This document shows positions 13,312-25,445 of a stretch of DNA of 64,000 nucleotides, one piece after another. Positions within the stretch are counted from its first letter, which is position 1; the number at the start of each line of letters is the position of its first letter. Under the pieces are notes generated by a model. That model was given only the letters and a program-made list of their open reading frames with translations. It made no database searches and was not told where the DNA came from. The translations under genes and the position numbers were made by a program. Source of the DNA: Macrostomum hystrix. Lineage: Eukaryota; Animalia; Platyhelminthes. The DNA is taken from contig CATNEN010000031.1 of the NCBI GenBank assembly GCA_950097015.1, positions 1,426,001 through 1,490,000 on the forward strand. The letters run 5' to 3'.

Positions 13312-16300
13312 ATGCAGTTTGTTCGACGCCTCTGGTTGAAACAACCGCCGGAGACTTCAACAGAAGCATCGGCAGGTCACATTGGATCCCGGCAATGTTC
13401 AAAATTCGGCAGCAAAAAGGTAAAGAAAACAAAACTCGTTTTTATTACACCTGCCCTAATCGGGCCTGATGTGCAGCCGAGAGCACAGCCGCAGCTATTG
13501 CGCAGCACATCTAAAGGCTGCGTACGGCTGTTCAGTCCATGGACTGGGAGGGACGACACACCCACCCTAATGTAACCCAGCTAATGCTGGTACCCATTTA
13601 ACAGCTGGGTGAACTAAAACAATGCAAAGTTAAGTGCCTTGCTAAAGGACACAAATTGTTCCAGTGGAGTCAGGAATCGAACCACCGACCTTTAAGTCGA
13701 TAGTCCGATGCTCTAATCCAGGGGTCGGCAAACTTATTAGCTATAGCAGGCCAAAGAGAGAACCTAATAGACGACAGCGGGCGGTATTGACTGTAAAAAT
13801 ATAAGATAGAGAAGAGATGAGACACAGGAGAGATGAGACACAGGAGAGATGAGACACAGGAGAGATGAGGCACAGGAGAGATGAGACACAGGAGAGATGA
13901 GACACTGGAGAGATGAGAGACAGGAGAGATGAGACACAGGAGAGATGAGACACAGGAGAGATGAGACACGGGCGAGAGGAGACTCAGGAGAGATGAGACA
14001 AGGTAGAGATGAGACACGGGCGAGAGAAGACACGGTAGAGATTTGACACGTGAGAGATGAGACATGGGAGAGATGAGACACGGGAGAGATGAGACACAGG
14101 AGAGATGAGACACAGGAGAGATGAGACACGGGCGAGAGGAGACTCAGGAGAGATGAGACAAGGTAGAGATGAGACACGGGCGAGAGAAGACACGGTAGAG
14201 ATTTGACACGTGAGAGATGAGACATGGGAGAGATGAGACACGGGAGAGATGAGACACAGGAGAGATGAGACAAGGTAGAGATGAGACAAGGTAGAGATGA
14301 GACACGGGCGAGAGGAGACTCAGGAGAGATGAGACAGGGGAAAGACGAAACAGGATACTGTTGGTGTCGGCAGGGGCAACGGGCCGGATTTAGGAGCTTC
14401 GAAGACCGCATCTGGCCCGCAGGCCGGAGTTTGCCGACCCTTGATCTAACCACTAAGGCTACAACCCACTCGTACAATTAAATTGAGTAACTTTAAATTG
14501 TCACATCAGTGTATTCACTCGTTGGACAATCAACAGAAGCACGCATCTGCCCCGGTTTCTCCGGCCATCGGCCGAGAACAATGCACTCCTCGCCGACTTC
14601 GTCTGCCGCGACAATTATCGTTGGACGATGTCGACGACGTTGGCGACTGTGACGAAGATGGCGACGTCGGTGATGGAGGTGTCGGCAGCGATACTCTGTT
14701 GCAGCTTCTATCGCCAGCCGCCAAAGTTCTGGCAAATATCGCAGCCAGCTCTACAAAGTCGTCGACGAGAATAATCGAGGACATTGGCGACAATCGGCAG
14801 CATCAACCGTCTAGCGTCGACGATGTTGGTAGCGATGAAAGCGGCGACTCGCCGGTGACCCCGCCGGAGCCTGATCTGAGCCGACTCACTGAAGCCGAGC
14901 GGCGCCAGATTGCCCAGGTGGTCAAGCGACTGCGGGACAGCGAGCAGCTGGAGGATGAGAGACTGCGGTGAGGCCCGCTGACCAGCTTCAGGGCTGCTCC
15001 ACGCCTGCCCTTGTACGCCCCTTCATCAACTCTGCCTTTAGTCTACCCCCCATTGATCTGCTTATGTATTTAGTCTACTCCTCTTCATCCACTCCGCCTT
15101 TAGTCTACTCCTCTTCATCCACTTATCCATTTAGTCTACTCCGTTTCTTCCACTTATGCATTTATTATACTCCCATTCATCCACTTATGCCATTAGTCTA
15201 CTCCCCTTCATTCACTGTCCTCTAGCTTCTGAGTTTGAGTACAGTTTCAGATTTTCACCAGCCTATATACCTAGCTCTTTGTTCGTTCCTCCATTCCATA
15301 AGCTGGTAGTGAAAAAAAGTTAGTGCTCTAGAAACAGGATGTGGAACTGTGTTGAACATCCGAGTACTATATAGAAGTATAAGTTTATATCGATATCTCT
15401 ACAGAGACGGACTCACATCCGCCTCGCCTAGATTGCTTCAAGCACAATCAGGTGACGAAATTGTGGCAAAAGAGAGTGAGAAAGTGATATTTTTTCGAAT
15501 TTCCCAATCAGATCCAGTTGTCATCTGATCCGGGCCATCTAATAATAATTATTATTATTACTATTATTGATTACACCTGTCCCAGTCGGGCCAGATGTGC
15601 AGCCGACAGCACAGCCGCTGCCATTGCGCGGCGCATCTGAAGGCTGCGTACAGCTGTTCAGTCCATGGACTGGGGGGACGCCACACCCACCTTCAATTAT
15701 CCCAGCTAATGCTGGTACCCATTTAATAGCTGGGTGAACTAAAGCAATGCAGAGTTAAGTGTCTTGCTAAAGGACACAAATTGTTTCAGTGGAGTCGGGA
15801 ATCGAACCCCCGACCCTCAAGTCGTGAGTCCCTAACCACTAGGCTACAACCTCTATCTACTCAGATGGGCCATCTACGTAGATTCTGAAACAGACAGTTG
15901 TTGTATCGCTGCACTAGCTAAGATCAAATTAGAATATAAAGCAGTTCAATTATTGCTGTGCAATTATGAACAAATATAGGAATTGTATTCATTGAACCCT
16001 GATCCAATTAACAAACTGAACAGGGTAATTGCGCGCTGACCCAATCGATATTTCTTTAGCCCGCTAATTGCCATTCATAATCTACTTCATTAGTGCTATG
16101 GAGGGGCATTGTGTTAACTACAGGACGACAAATTATTCTAGAAGAAAGCAGTTTTTATTTTATCAGAATTTTTCATTAATAAGAGTACAATACCCGTTGA
16201 TAATATATAGTATCATCTCTATTTATATATATGTTCGAGGGGTTGTCCAGAAATTTGTGTTCATTTTTTTAAGAATATTTTGTAGGTTATTCATTCGTAG

Positions 16301-19300
16301 AATATTGTATTTCGTACTTTGTAATTTTGACCATTGCTTGAAATGAAGGTTTTTTATTTGAAAATTAATAAATATAGGCAATATTGCTAGGAATATTTTG
16401 CTGGTAAGTTTGATCATTGCTTGGAAGATTCATCATTGCTTGGAGGTTTGATTATTGCTTGAAAGACTAATGATTGTAAGATTGATCATTGTAAATTGAT
16501 CATTGCTTGGATGATTGATCATTGTAAATTGATCATTGCTTGGATGATTGATCATTGCAAATTGATCATTGATTGTAAGATTGATCATTGCTTGGAAGTT
16601 TGATCATTGCTTGGAAGTTTGATCATTGCTTGGAAGTTTGATCATTGCTAGGAAGTTCGATCATTGCTTGGAAGTTTCGCAAGATTGCTCATTCGTTTCT
16701 GGTCTCCATAGACCGACTGCCCATGATTCAACGAATTGATCATTCATTGCCTTGTTGACTACCTCGAAGCAGGCAGCTGGAGCAGTCGGTGCAGCTGGAG
16801 CTGGCTCAGGCAGAAGCCGTCCAGCCACGGCTGGCGAATAGCCCGACTGTCAGTTGCCCGCTGTGCGGCCGGAACCCGGTGAATTCTCGCAGAGATGACT
16901 ACCGCTGCCGCGACTGCCGACTGCTGGTCTGCTACGACTGCGGCTGCTTCTGCCGCGATCCAGGACGTCGGGCAAGCGACTCTGTGTCACTCTGGGGTGT
17001 CACTCTGCTAGACTGGGGTGTCACTCTATTAGATGGGGTGTCACTCTGCTAGACTGGAAGGTCACTCTGGTAGACTCGGGTGTCACTCTATTAGACTGGA
17101 GTATCTCTCTGGTTGGCTGAGGTTTCACTCTGGCAGACAAGGTTTCACTGTTTTTTAATTGGAGTGACATTGTGTTACATTAGATTGATTTTCAGTTACA
17201 CTAGATCGAAATTGTGTTTTATATAAAGTTTTAACTGAATTTTAAAAGCCATGATTTTAATATTTGAAAAACCGCCATTTCCGGGTTGCGCAGTTTGCCG
17301 AGTGGCAGTGTTCGATCTGCCAGAAGAGGCGCCACTTGGCAGCCAGCAGTGGGGCCTGGTTCCACGGCCTGCGTCATCACCAGTCGCTGGCCATGTCAGC
17401 CCTTGTCCGGGGTGAAGTGAGTACGAACTCAGTATTCACCGGGGAAACGGAACTCTTAGTTGTCAGATTACAAGTCCAAATCAGTAAACTCATTTGACAA
17501 CAACAGCATTAGAATAGTTAGCAAATCAAAACGATTTAAAGACGAAAAAATTTAGAATTTAACTGTCGGATAGATTAACTTTAGCTAAAATTCATTTCTC
17601 TTAGGTCATTAAAGTTTCAAATGTCTGCTAAAGGGCAGACAAACTTTTACCTTCAATCTATTTTTAGTGCCATTGACAGGGAAAATTTTTAGAGGTCAGA
17701 TCCATGAGAACAGACAGCAGATCCATGAGAACAGACAGCAGATCCATGAGAACAGACAGCAGATCCATGAGAACAGACAGCAGATCCATGAGAACAGACA
17801 GCAGATCCATGAGAACAGACAGCAGATCCATAAGAACAGACAGCAGATCTATGAGAACAGACAGCAGATCCATGAGAACAGACAGCAGATCCATGAGAAC
17901 AGACAGCAGATCCCCATCTTCAAATCCATGAGAACAGACTCAAGCTCACACTATTGCCACCCGCTCAAACTCCAGCCAGTGCAGCTAGCGGCTGATGGGA
18001 GCATTCTGCCACAGTCAAAAAACTTTGAAGACTCTCACCCTTACTCTGCTACCTCATTGCTTGGAGAGTTGGAGCCGCAGCCGTCGCAGCTTCAGTCATC
18101 AGTTGTCGCTGTGGAAACAACCGAACCAGCAATTGACTTGGCAACCTATGCTGCAACCGTCGCCTCCAGCACTGAGTGTTTATCAGCTCAGCTGAGTCAG
18201 TTTGAGGCGCCTGAGCTACCTGTCGGCAGGCAAATGATTAGCAACAATCCGACAGATGATTACGAAAAGTTAAAGGCAAGGAAGAGCGTTACTTTTCAGA
18301 CTAAATTAACAGATGAAAATTTTGCTAGCGTTTCAAGCTCAAAAAGTGAGTCGAAAAATGGGGCGGAGTTGGCGAAGGACCCTGAGGTTAAATTTAACGC
18401 GGAAGAAGAAACGAAAGCAGAGGCGGAAGCGGAAGCGGAAGCGGAAGCGGAAGCGGAAGTGGAAACGGAAGCGGATGTGGAAGCGGAAGTGGAAACGGAA
18501 GTGGAAGCGGAGACGGAAGCGGAAGTTGAAGCGGAAGTGGAAACGGAAGTGGAAGCGGAGACGGAAGCGGAAGTGGAAGCGGAAGTGGAAGGGGAAGTGG
18601 AAACGGAAGTTGAAGCGGAAGTGGAAATGGAAGTTGAAGTTGAAGCGGAAGCGGAAGCGGAAGAGGAAGCGGAAGTAGAAACGGAAGTGGAAGAGGAGAC
18701 GGAAGCGGAAGTGGAAGCGGAAGTGGAAGGGGAAGTGGAAACGGAAGTTGAAGCGGAAGTGGAAATGGAAGTTGAAGTTGAAGTGGAAGCGGAAGCGGAA
18801 GCGGAAGCGGAAGCGGAAGCGGATGCGGGGGCTGAATCGGAAGCGAAAGGAGAAGCGGAAGCGGAAGCGGAAGCACAGTTGAATTACGACCCGGATTTGG
18901 CATCACCTGAACTAACCGGATCGGAGCGCGTTGGGCACTGCGTAAGTTTCTGTCGCCAGATCTTCTGTGTTTAACAGTGAATTATGTGTTTAAAGTAACC
19001 GGTATATTCATACCCTTTGGTTGCTACTATCAGTAGATTATGATATAATGTTTAACTACAGTGGACAAAAAATTAAATATTGGCATGTCATGCAGCTAGC
19101 CAGAATGATTCCATGCCTGCACCTTAGATGCCTGGACTGCGGGTGTGGGGTGGGGGCCCCAGATACAGACTGATGCGTATCTATTATGCTGACCGGCCTT
19201 GCACAACCCATTATCCCACCGATGAGCTGCTGTTGAGTCGGCCCCAGCTGAGCTGAAATTGGGCTGCTCCGCGCAGTCCCCGGCTCCGGCCTTATAAATT

Positions 19301-19571
19301 AATAACGGCTAAAATTGAATATTGATTCAGGAGGCGCGGATGGACTGGAAGGGCTGGGCCCTGTCACAGGCTGTCCGACTGGCAGCGCAAATGGCGGGTC
19401 GATGGCCTGGAAGCTTTGCCCTGCTCTGCCATAACTGCTCCGCTCTGGATGGATCGACTCAGGGGCTAACACGTAGAGACAGATGAGCACATAGACATAC
19501 TGAATAATAGAGACACTTTCTCTCTCTTTTTTCAGAGAGACAGACAAAGAGACAGACAGCCAGACAGACAT

Positions 19572-19606
<35 letters not shown>

Positions 19607-22600
19607 GGCAGGCAGACAGACAGACAGACAGACGGAGACACGGACACACGGACAGACGGACAGACAGGCAGACAGATGATTAAGCATCTGGGGGAAATGC
19701 AAGAGATACTTGAGGAGGCCGGAACGGGTCCATGGAGTTGTAATGCTTAGCTGAAATAAATAATAAGAAAATCAAGAAATGAACGCGGAAGGGAAATTGA
19801 GGCCTGGAAGCAGTGCTCCAAATTTTAGTGAAGAGGCTTGGCTAGGAAGCCAATCAGCAGAAAATAAGAAGGAACTGGTAGAGCGGGTTGTGGCCCCAGT
19901 CGGCCTACAGCAGCCTGCTCCACTGAGATAATGAGAGATCTCGCCATTGGAAGAAGAAGTTGGCGGCGAAGGGCGAGGCCGAATGAAGACGGCGAAGAAA
20001 ATTGTTATGGAGAGGCGAGGCTGCCTTAGGGATGGAAATCCCCATGGGAGAACGGGAGGAGTTTTGGGTTTGGCGCTGCGTTTCTGCTTCCTCCGCCACC
20101 TTCTGCACGGGTTGCCCATTTGCTTACATTTTGTTATGAATGAATGCCAATATGCAAATGGCCTCACTATGCAATGGGCCGCATTGGCACCCTTTCTGCT
20201 CTCCTGGGGTAGATGGCAATGAGAGAGGGGACAATTCGGAGAGAAGAGGGGGAGAATTAAAAGAGGAGAGAGGGAAGAATTAAAAGAGGAGAGAGGGGAG
20301 AATTAAAAGAGGAGAGAGGGAAGAATTAAAAGAGGAGAGAGGGGAGAATTAAAAGAGGAGAGAGGGGAGAATTAAAAGAGGAGAGAGGAGAGAATTAAAA
20401 GAGGAGAGAGGGGAGAATTAAAAGAGGAGAGAGGGGAGAATTAAAAGAGGAGAGAGGGGAGAATTAAAAGAGGAGAGAGGAGAGAATTAAAAGAGGAGAG
20501 AGGGGAGAATTAAAAGAGGAGAGAGGGGATAATTTAAAGAGGAGAGAGGGGAGAAATAAAAGAGGAGAGAGGGGAGAAATAAAAGAGGAGAGAGGGGAGA
20601 ATTAAAAGAGGAGAGAGGGGAGAATTAAAAGAGGAGAGAGGAGAGAATTAAAAGAGGAGAGAGGGGAGAATTAAAAGAGGAGAGAGGGGAGAATTAAAAG
20701 AGGAGAGAGGGGAGAAATAAAAGAGGAGAGAGGGGAGAATTAAAAGAGGAGAGAGGGGAGAATTAAAAGAGGAGAGAGGGGAGAAATAAAAGAGGAGAGA
20801 GGGGAGAATTAAAAGAGGAGAGAGGGGAGAATTAAAAGAGGAGAGAGGGGAGAATTAAAAGAGGAGAGAGGGGAGAAATAAAAGAGGAGAGAGGGGAGAA
20901 TTAAAAGAGGAGAGAGGGGAGAATTAAAAGAGGAGAGAGGGGAGAATTAAAAGAGGAGAGAGGGGAGAATTAAAAGAGGAGAGAGGGGAGAAATAAAAGA
21001 GGAGAGAGGGGAGAATTAAAAGAGGAGAGAGGGGAGAATTAAAAGAGGAAAGAGGGGAGAATTTAAAAATGAGACGGAAGAACTTGGAGAGGAAAGACTA
21101 GAGATAATTTAGAAAAAGTTGAAGAGAAGGTTGATTTGGGAGAAAAGTTATAAGAGAGGGGCGAAACGGAAGAAAAGGGAGGAGAGTGGGGAGAAATCGG
21201 AGAGGACAAAGGAGAGAGGGCAGAAGTGGAGAATTAGGACTACTCGACGCCCTTGCCAAAGTTGAGCTTGGAAACACAACCGACCCAAAAATGGAGCTGG
21301 CGAGAGTGAATAAAACAGCGATCAAATTTTCTGCTCGTCCACCTCAGCGCCTCCGCTAATGCTGCGTGGATTGTCTGAAATTCCATCATGAGTTGCACGC
21401 GAGCTTAGCGTGACTGCACGCTTCTTAGAAAATGAACTAAAATGGCGAAAACAACGAGGTTTCAAGTGTCGGGTTACAACTTTAAAGACTTATTCAGTGA
21501 GCATGTTTTGTGCTCTTTTGAAATTTGAAACTGGTGACGCACACCATTTGCTTCGATACAAGTTGCATATGTCAGTCGAATTGCTAGTTTTGGAAAACGT
21601 GTTCATTTGAATTGGAAAAGTGCTTAGTCTAAAAAAATATTGACAATCTATAAATAGATAAAAACTGTCTTTAAAAACTATATGTTATACACAATCAGTT
21701 AGACAGGAACTGTGTTAGACACCATCAGTTAGACAGGAACTGTGTTAGACGCAATCAGTTAGACAGGAACTGTGTTAGACACAATCAGTTAGACAGGAAC
21801 TGTGTTAGACACCATCAGTTAGACAGGAACTGTGTTAGACACAATCAGTTAGACAGGAACTGTGTTAGACGCAATCAGTTAGACAGGAACTGTGTTAGAC
21901 ACAATCAGTTAGACAGGAACTGTGTTAGACACAATCAGTTAGACAGGAACTGTGTTAGACGCAATCAGTTAGACAGGAACTGTGTTAGACACAATCAGTT
22001 AGACAGGAACTGTGTTAGACACAATCAGTTAGACAGGAACTGTGTTAGACACAATCAGTTAGACAGGAACTGTGTTTGACACAATCAGTTAGACAGGAAC
22101 TGTGTTAGACACAATCAGTTAGACAGGAACTGTGTTTGACACAATCAGTTAGACAGGAACTGTGTTAGACACCATCAGTTAGACAGGAACTGTGTTAGAC
22201 ACAATCAGTTAGACAGGAACTGTGTTAGACACAATCAGTTAGACAGGAACTGTGTTTGACACAATCAGTTAGACAGGAACTGTGTTTGACACAATCAGTT
22301 AGACAGGAACTGTGTTAGACACGGCATTTTCAACCAAAGCCCCTTGCAAATGAAAGTTTACAGTGAGCAGTTTCAGCCGACACCCCTTCAGAGTAGCCTC
22401 CAAAATAGAAAAGTTGGCGCCAGCTAGGACTCTCGTCTCAGTAATATCGGAGGCAGAGCGGATGGCGGTAATAAAAAATGAGAGGTCACTGCTCTTCATA
22501 AACTGAGGGTCTCGTGCACTCTAGCCTTCCAAATTCTCGCCTTTCCCGCTCTCTCTCTCCCTCTCGCCTTTTACTTCTCGCCTTCTCGCCATCTCGCCTT

Positions 22601-25407
22601 CTCGACAGTTCGACAACAATTTTTTTCTCCGCACTCGTACCACTCCCCCCCGACTTTCTCTCCTCAGCCTTCGGCTACCACTGCCGACTGTGCCGTCTGC
22701 GAGGGTTGCGGCAGGCTGGGGAGTTATGGACTCAAAACGTGAGAGTCCCGGGCCCCTTTTTATCCCGCATTTCCCACTCTTCTCTCTCTCTCTCTCTCTC
22801 TTTTCTCCCCAAATTTACCACCACCCCCTTCTCTTAAGTCTAAGGGATACGTGCACGCTGAAGCCCGGACTATGCTCAGAGTGTACTCAGCAGGCCACCA
22901 GCACCATCTCTTCCTCTTATTCTAGTTGTTCACGCGCTCTCCCAACCAGGCGGACTTTCCTCCCCTCCCCCACCCCCGGCAGCTCAAACTCCTCGGGCTG
23001 AAACCAAACCAATTCGGCCTTTAAAAGGTGAAATTCCTCTCACGCATCTCAAAAGTCTCTGCGGCGGACTGAGTATTTTATAAGTTTTCTCTCACCGCGC
23101 AGTCCAAAATACATTAAAGGGCCGATAAAATTCAATATGCCCGATGCGAACGGGCCCGATAAATAAAGAATCAACGTTGCCCATTTTTTACTGTGTTTAA
23201 GAGGCTGCTGTAAAGTTGTGATCTCATTCGCAGAGACTAGCACATAACAAGGTAAAGTATTCGTTGCAAAATCAAATAATGCGTTTTCTATCTGTAATCT
23301 CTGCGAAATCATGGATGCAAAACTTTTTGTAAGGAATGAAATAAGTAACAATTATTCGACAATTGGTTAGAATCGCAGCTAGAACCCTAGGTAGAATCGC
23401 AGCTAGAACCCTAGGTAGAATCGCAGCTAGAACCCTAGGTAGAATCGCAGCTAGAACCCTAGGTAGAATCGCAGCTAGAACACTAGGTAGAATCGCAGCT
23501 AGAACACTAGGTAGAATCCCAGCTAGGACACTAGGTAGAATCCCAGCTAGAACACTAGGTAGAATCGCAGCTAGAACACTAGGTAGAATCGCAGCTAGAA
23601 CACTAGGTAGAATCCCAGCTAGGACACTAGGTAGAATCCCAGCTAGAACACTAGGTAGAATCCCAGCTAGAACACTAGGTAGAATCGCAGCTAGAACACT
23701 AGGTAGAATCCCAGCTAGAACACTAGGTAGAATCGCAGCTAGAACACTAGGTAGAATCGCAGCTAGAACACTAGGTAGAATCCCAGCTAGGACACTAGGT
23801 AGAATCCCAGCTAGAACACTAGGTAGAATCCCAGCTAGAACACTAGGTAGAATCGCAGCTAGAACACTAGGTAGAATCGCAGCTAGAACACTAGGTAGAA
23901 TCCCAGCTAGGACACTAGGTAGAATCCCAGCTAGAACACTAGGTAGAATCGCAGCTAGAACACTAGGTAGAATCGCAGCTAGAACACTAGGTAGAATCCC
24001 AGCTAGGACACTAGGTAGAATCCCAGCTAGAACACTAGGTAGAATCCCAGCTAGAACACTAGGTAGAATCGCAGCTAGAACACTAGGTAGAATCGCAGCT
24101 AGAACACTAGGTAGAATCCCAGCTAGGACACTAGGTAGAATCCCAGCTAGAACACTAGGTAGAATCCCAGCTAGAACACTAGGTAGAATCGCAGCTAGAA
24201 CACTAGGTAGAATCGCAGCTAGAACACTAGGTAGAATCCCAGCTAGGACACTAGGTAGAATCCCAGCTAGAACACTAGGTAGAATCCCAGCTAGAACACT
24301 AGGTAGAATCCCAGCTAGAACACTAGGTAGAATCCCAGCTAGAACACTAGGTAGAATCCCAGCTAGAACACTAGGTAGAATCCCAGCTAGAACACTAGGT
24401 AGAATCGCAGCTAGAACACTAGGTAGAATCCCAGCTAGGACACTAGGTAGAATCCCAGCTAGAACACTAGGTAGAATCGCAGCTAGAACACTAGGTAGAA
24501 TCCCAGCTAGAACACTAGGTAGAATCCCAGCTAGGACACTAGGCAGAATCGCAGCTAGAACACTAGGTAGAATCGCAGCTAGAACACTAGGTAGAATCCC
24601 AGCTTGAACACTAGGTAGAATCCCAGCTAGGACACTAGGTAGAATCGCAGCTAGAACACTAGGTAGAATCGCAGCTAGAACACTAGGTAGAATCCCAGCT
24701 AGGACACTAGGTAGAATCCCAGCTAGAACACTAGGTAGAATCGCAGCTAGAACACTAGGTAGAATCCCAGCTAGAACACTAGGTAGAATCCCAGCTAGGA
24801 CACTAGGTAGAATCCCAGCTAGGACACTAGGTAGAATCCCAGCTAGAACACTAGGTTGAATCCCAGCTAGGACACTAGGTAGAATCGCAGCTAGAACACT
24901 AGGTAGAATCCCAGCTAGGACACTAGGTAGAATCGCAGCTAGAACACTAGGTAGAATCCCAGCTAGGACACTAGGTAGAATCCCAGCGAGGACACTAGGT
25001 AGAATCGCAGCTAGAACACTAGGTAGAATCCCAGCTAGAACACTAGGTAGAATCCCAGCTAGAACACTAGGTAGAATCCCAGGTAGAAAACTAGGTAGAA
25101 ATCTCGACTTCTTCAACAGCCGCACCGCAGCCAACCAGCAAGCACCAGCACCAGCAGCAGCTTTCGCAGCAGAAGTCTTGAAGAGGACAATAGCCAGAAG
25201 GACCGGAAGCAGCAGCAGCAGCAGCACAATCGGCGCTACCTGGTGCTGCAGGAGCTGCTCCTGGTGACTCGCAGCCGCAGGCGCCAGTTGGCACAGCTGC
25301 GACGCACAAGACAGCTGGAGGAACAGCTGGCCGAACTTCGCCGAATGGAGCGAGCTCAGCTGGACACCATCAGCGAGAAGCTGGCCGCAATGCCTCTGAC
25401 TAGATGC

Positions 25408-25445
<38 letters not shown>

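Larger units (their letters stand above)
13441..14466 (-). mobile_element. tRNA-derived CORE-type SINE, copy A, with its tRNA head interrupted by a MITE (13719-14443)
   Basis: 13441-13718 aligns by eye to copy B. The A-box end (aaccactaaggctacaac) resumes at 14448-14465 after the insertion. Confidence 0.8.

Noticed and set aside
15780-15851. tRNA gene
   Set aside because: A and B boxes are present but continue into a CORE-like body and tail shared by three dispersed copies. This is a SINE head, not a tRNA with a complete acceptor stem.
19215-19295. Hammerhead-ribozyme-like motif (ccgatgag...gaaa plus hairpin)
   Set aside because: The core is CCGAUGA rather than CUGAUGA, stem II does not close onto GAAA, and no consistent stems I and III were found.
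19331-19490. Extra + strand coding exon (EARMDWKGW...)
   Set aside because: It has an acceptor and ~50 open codons but no phase-0 donor and no family motif, and the flanking exons join correctly without it.
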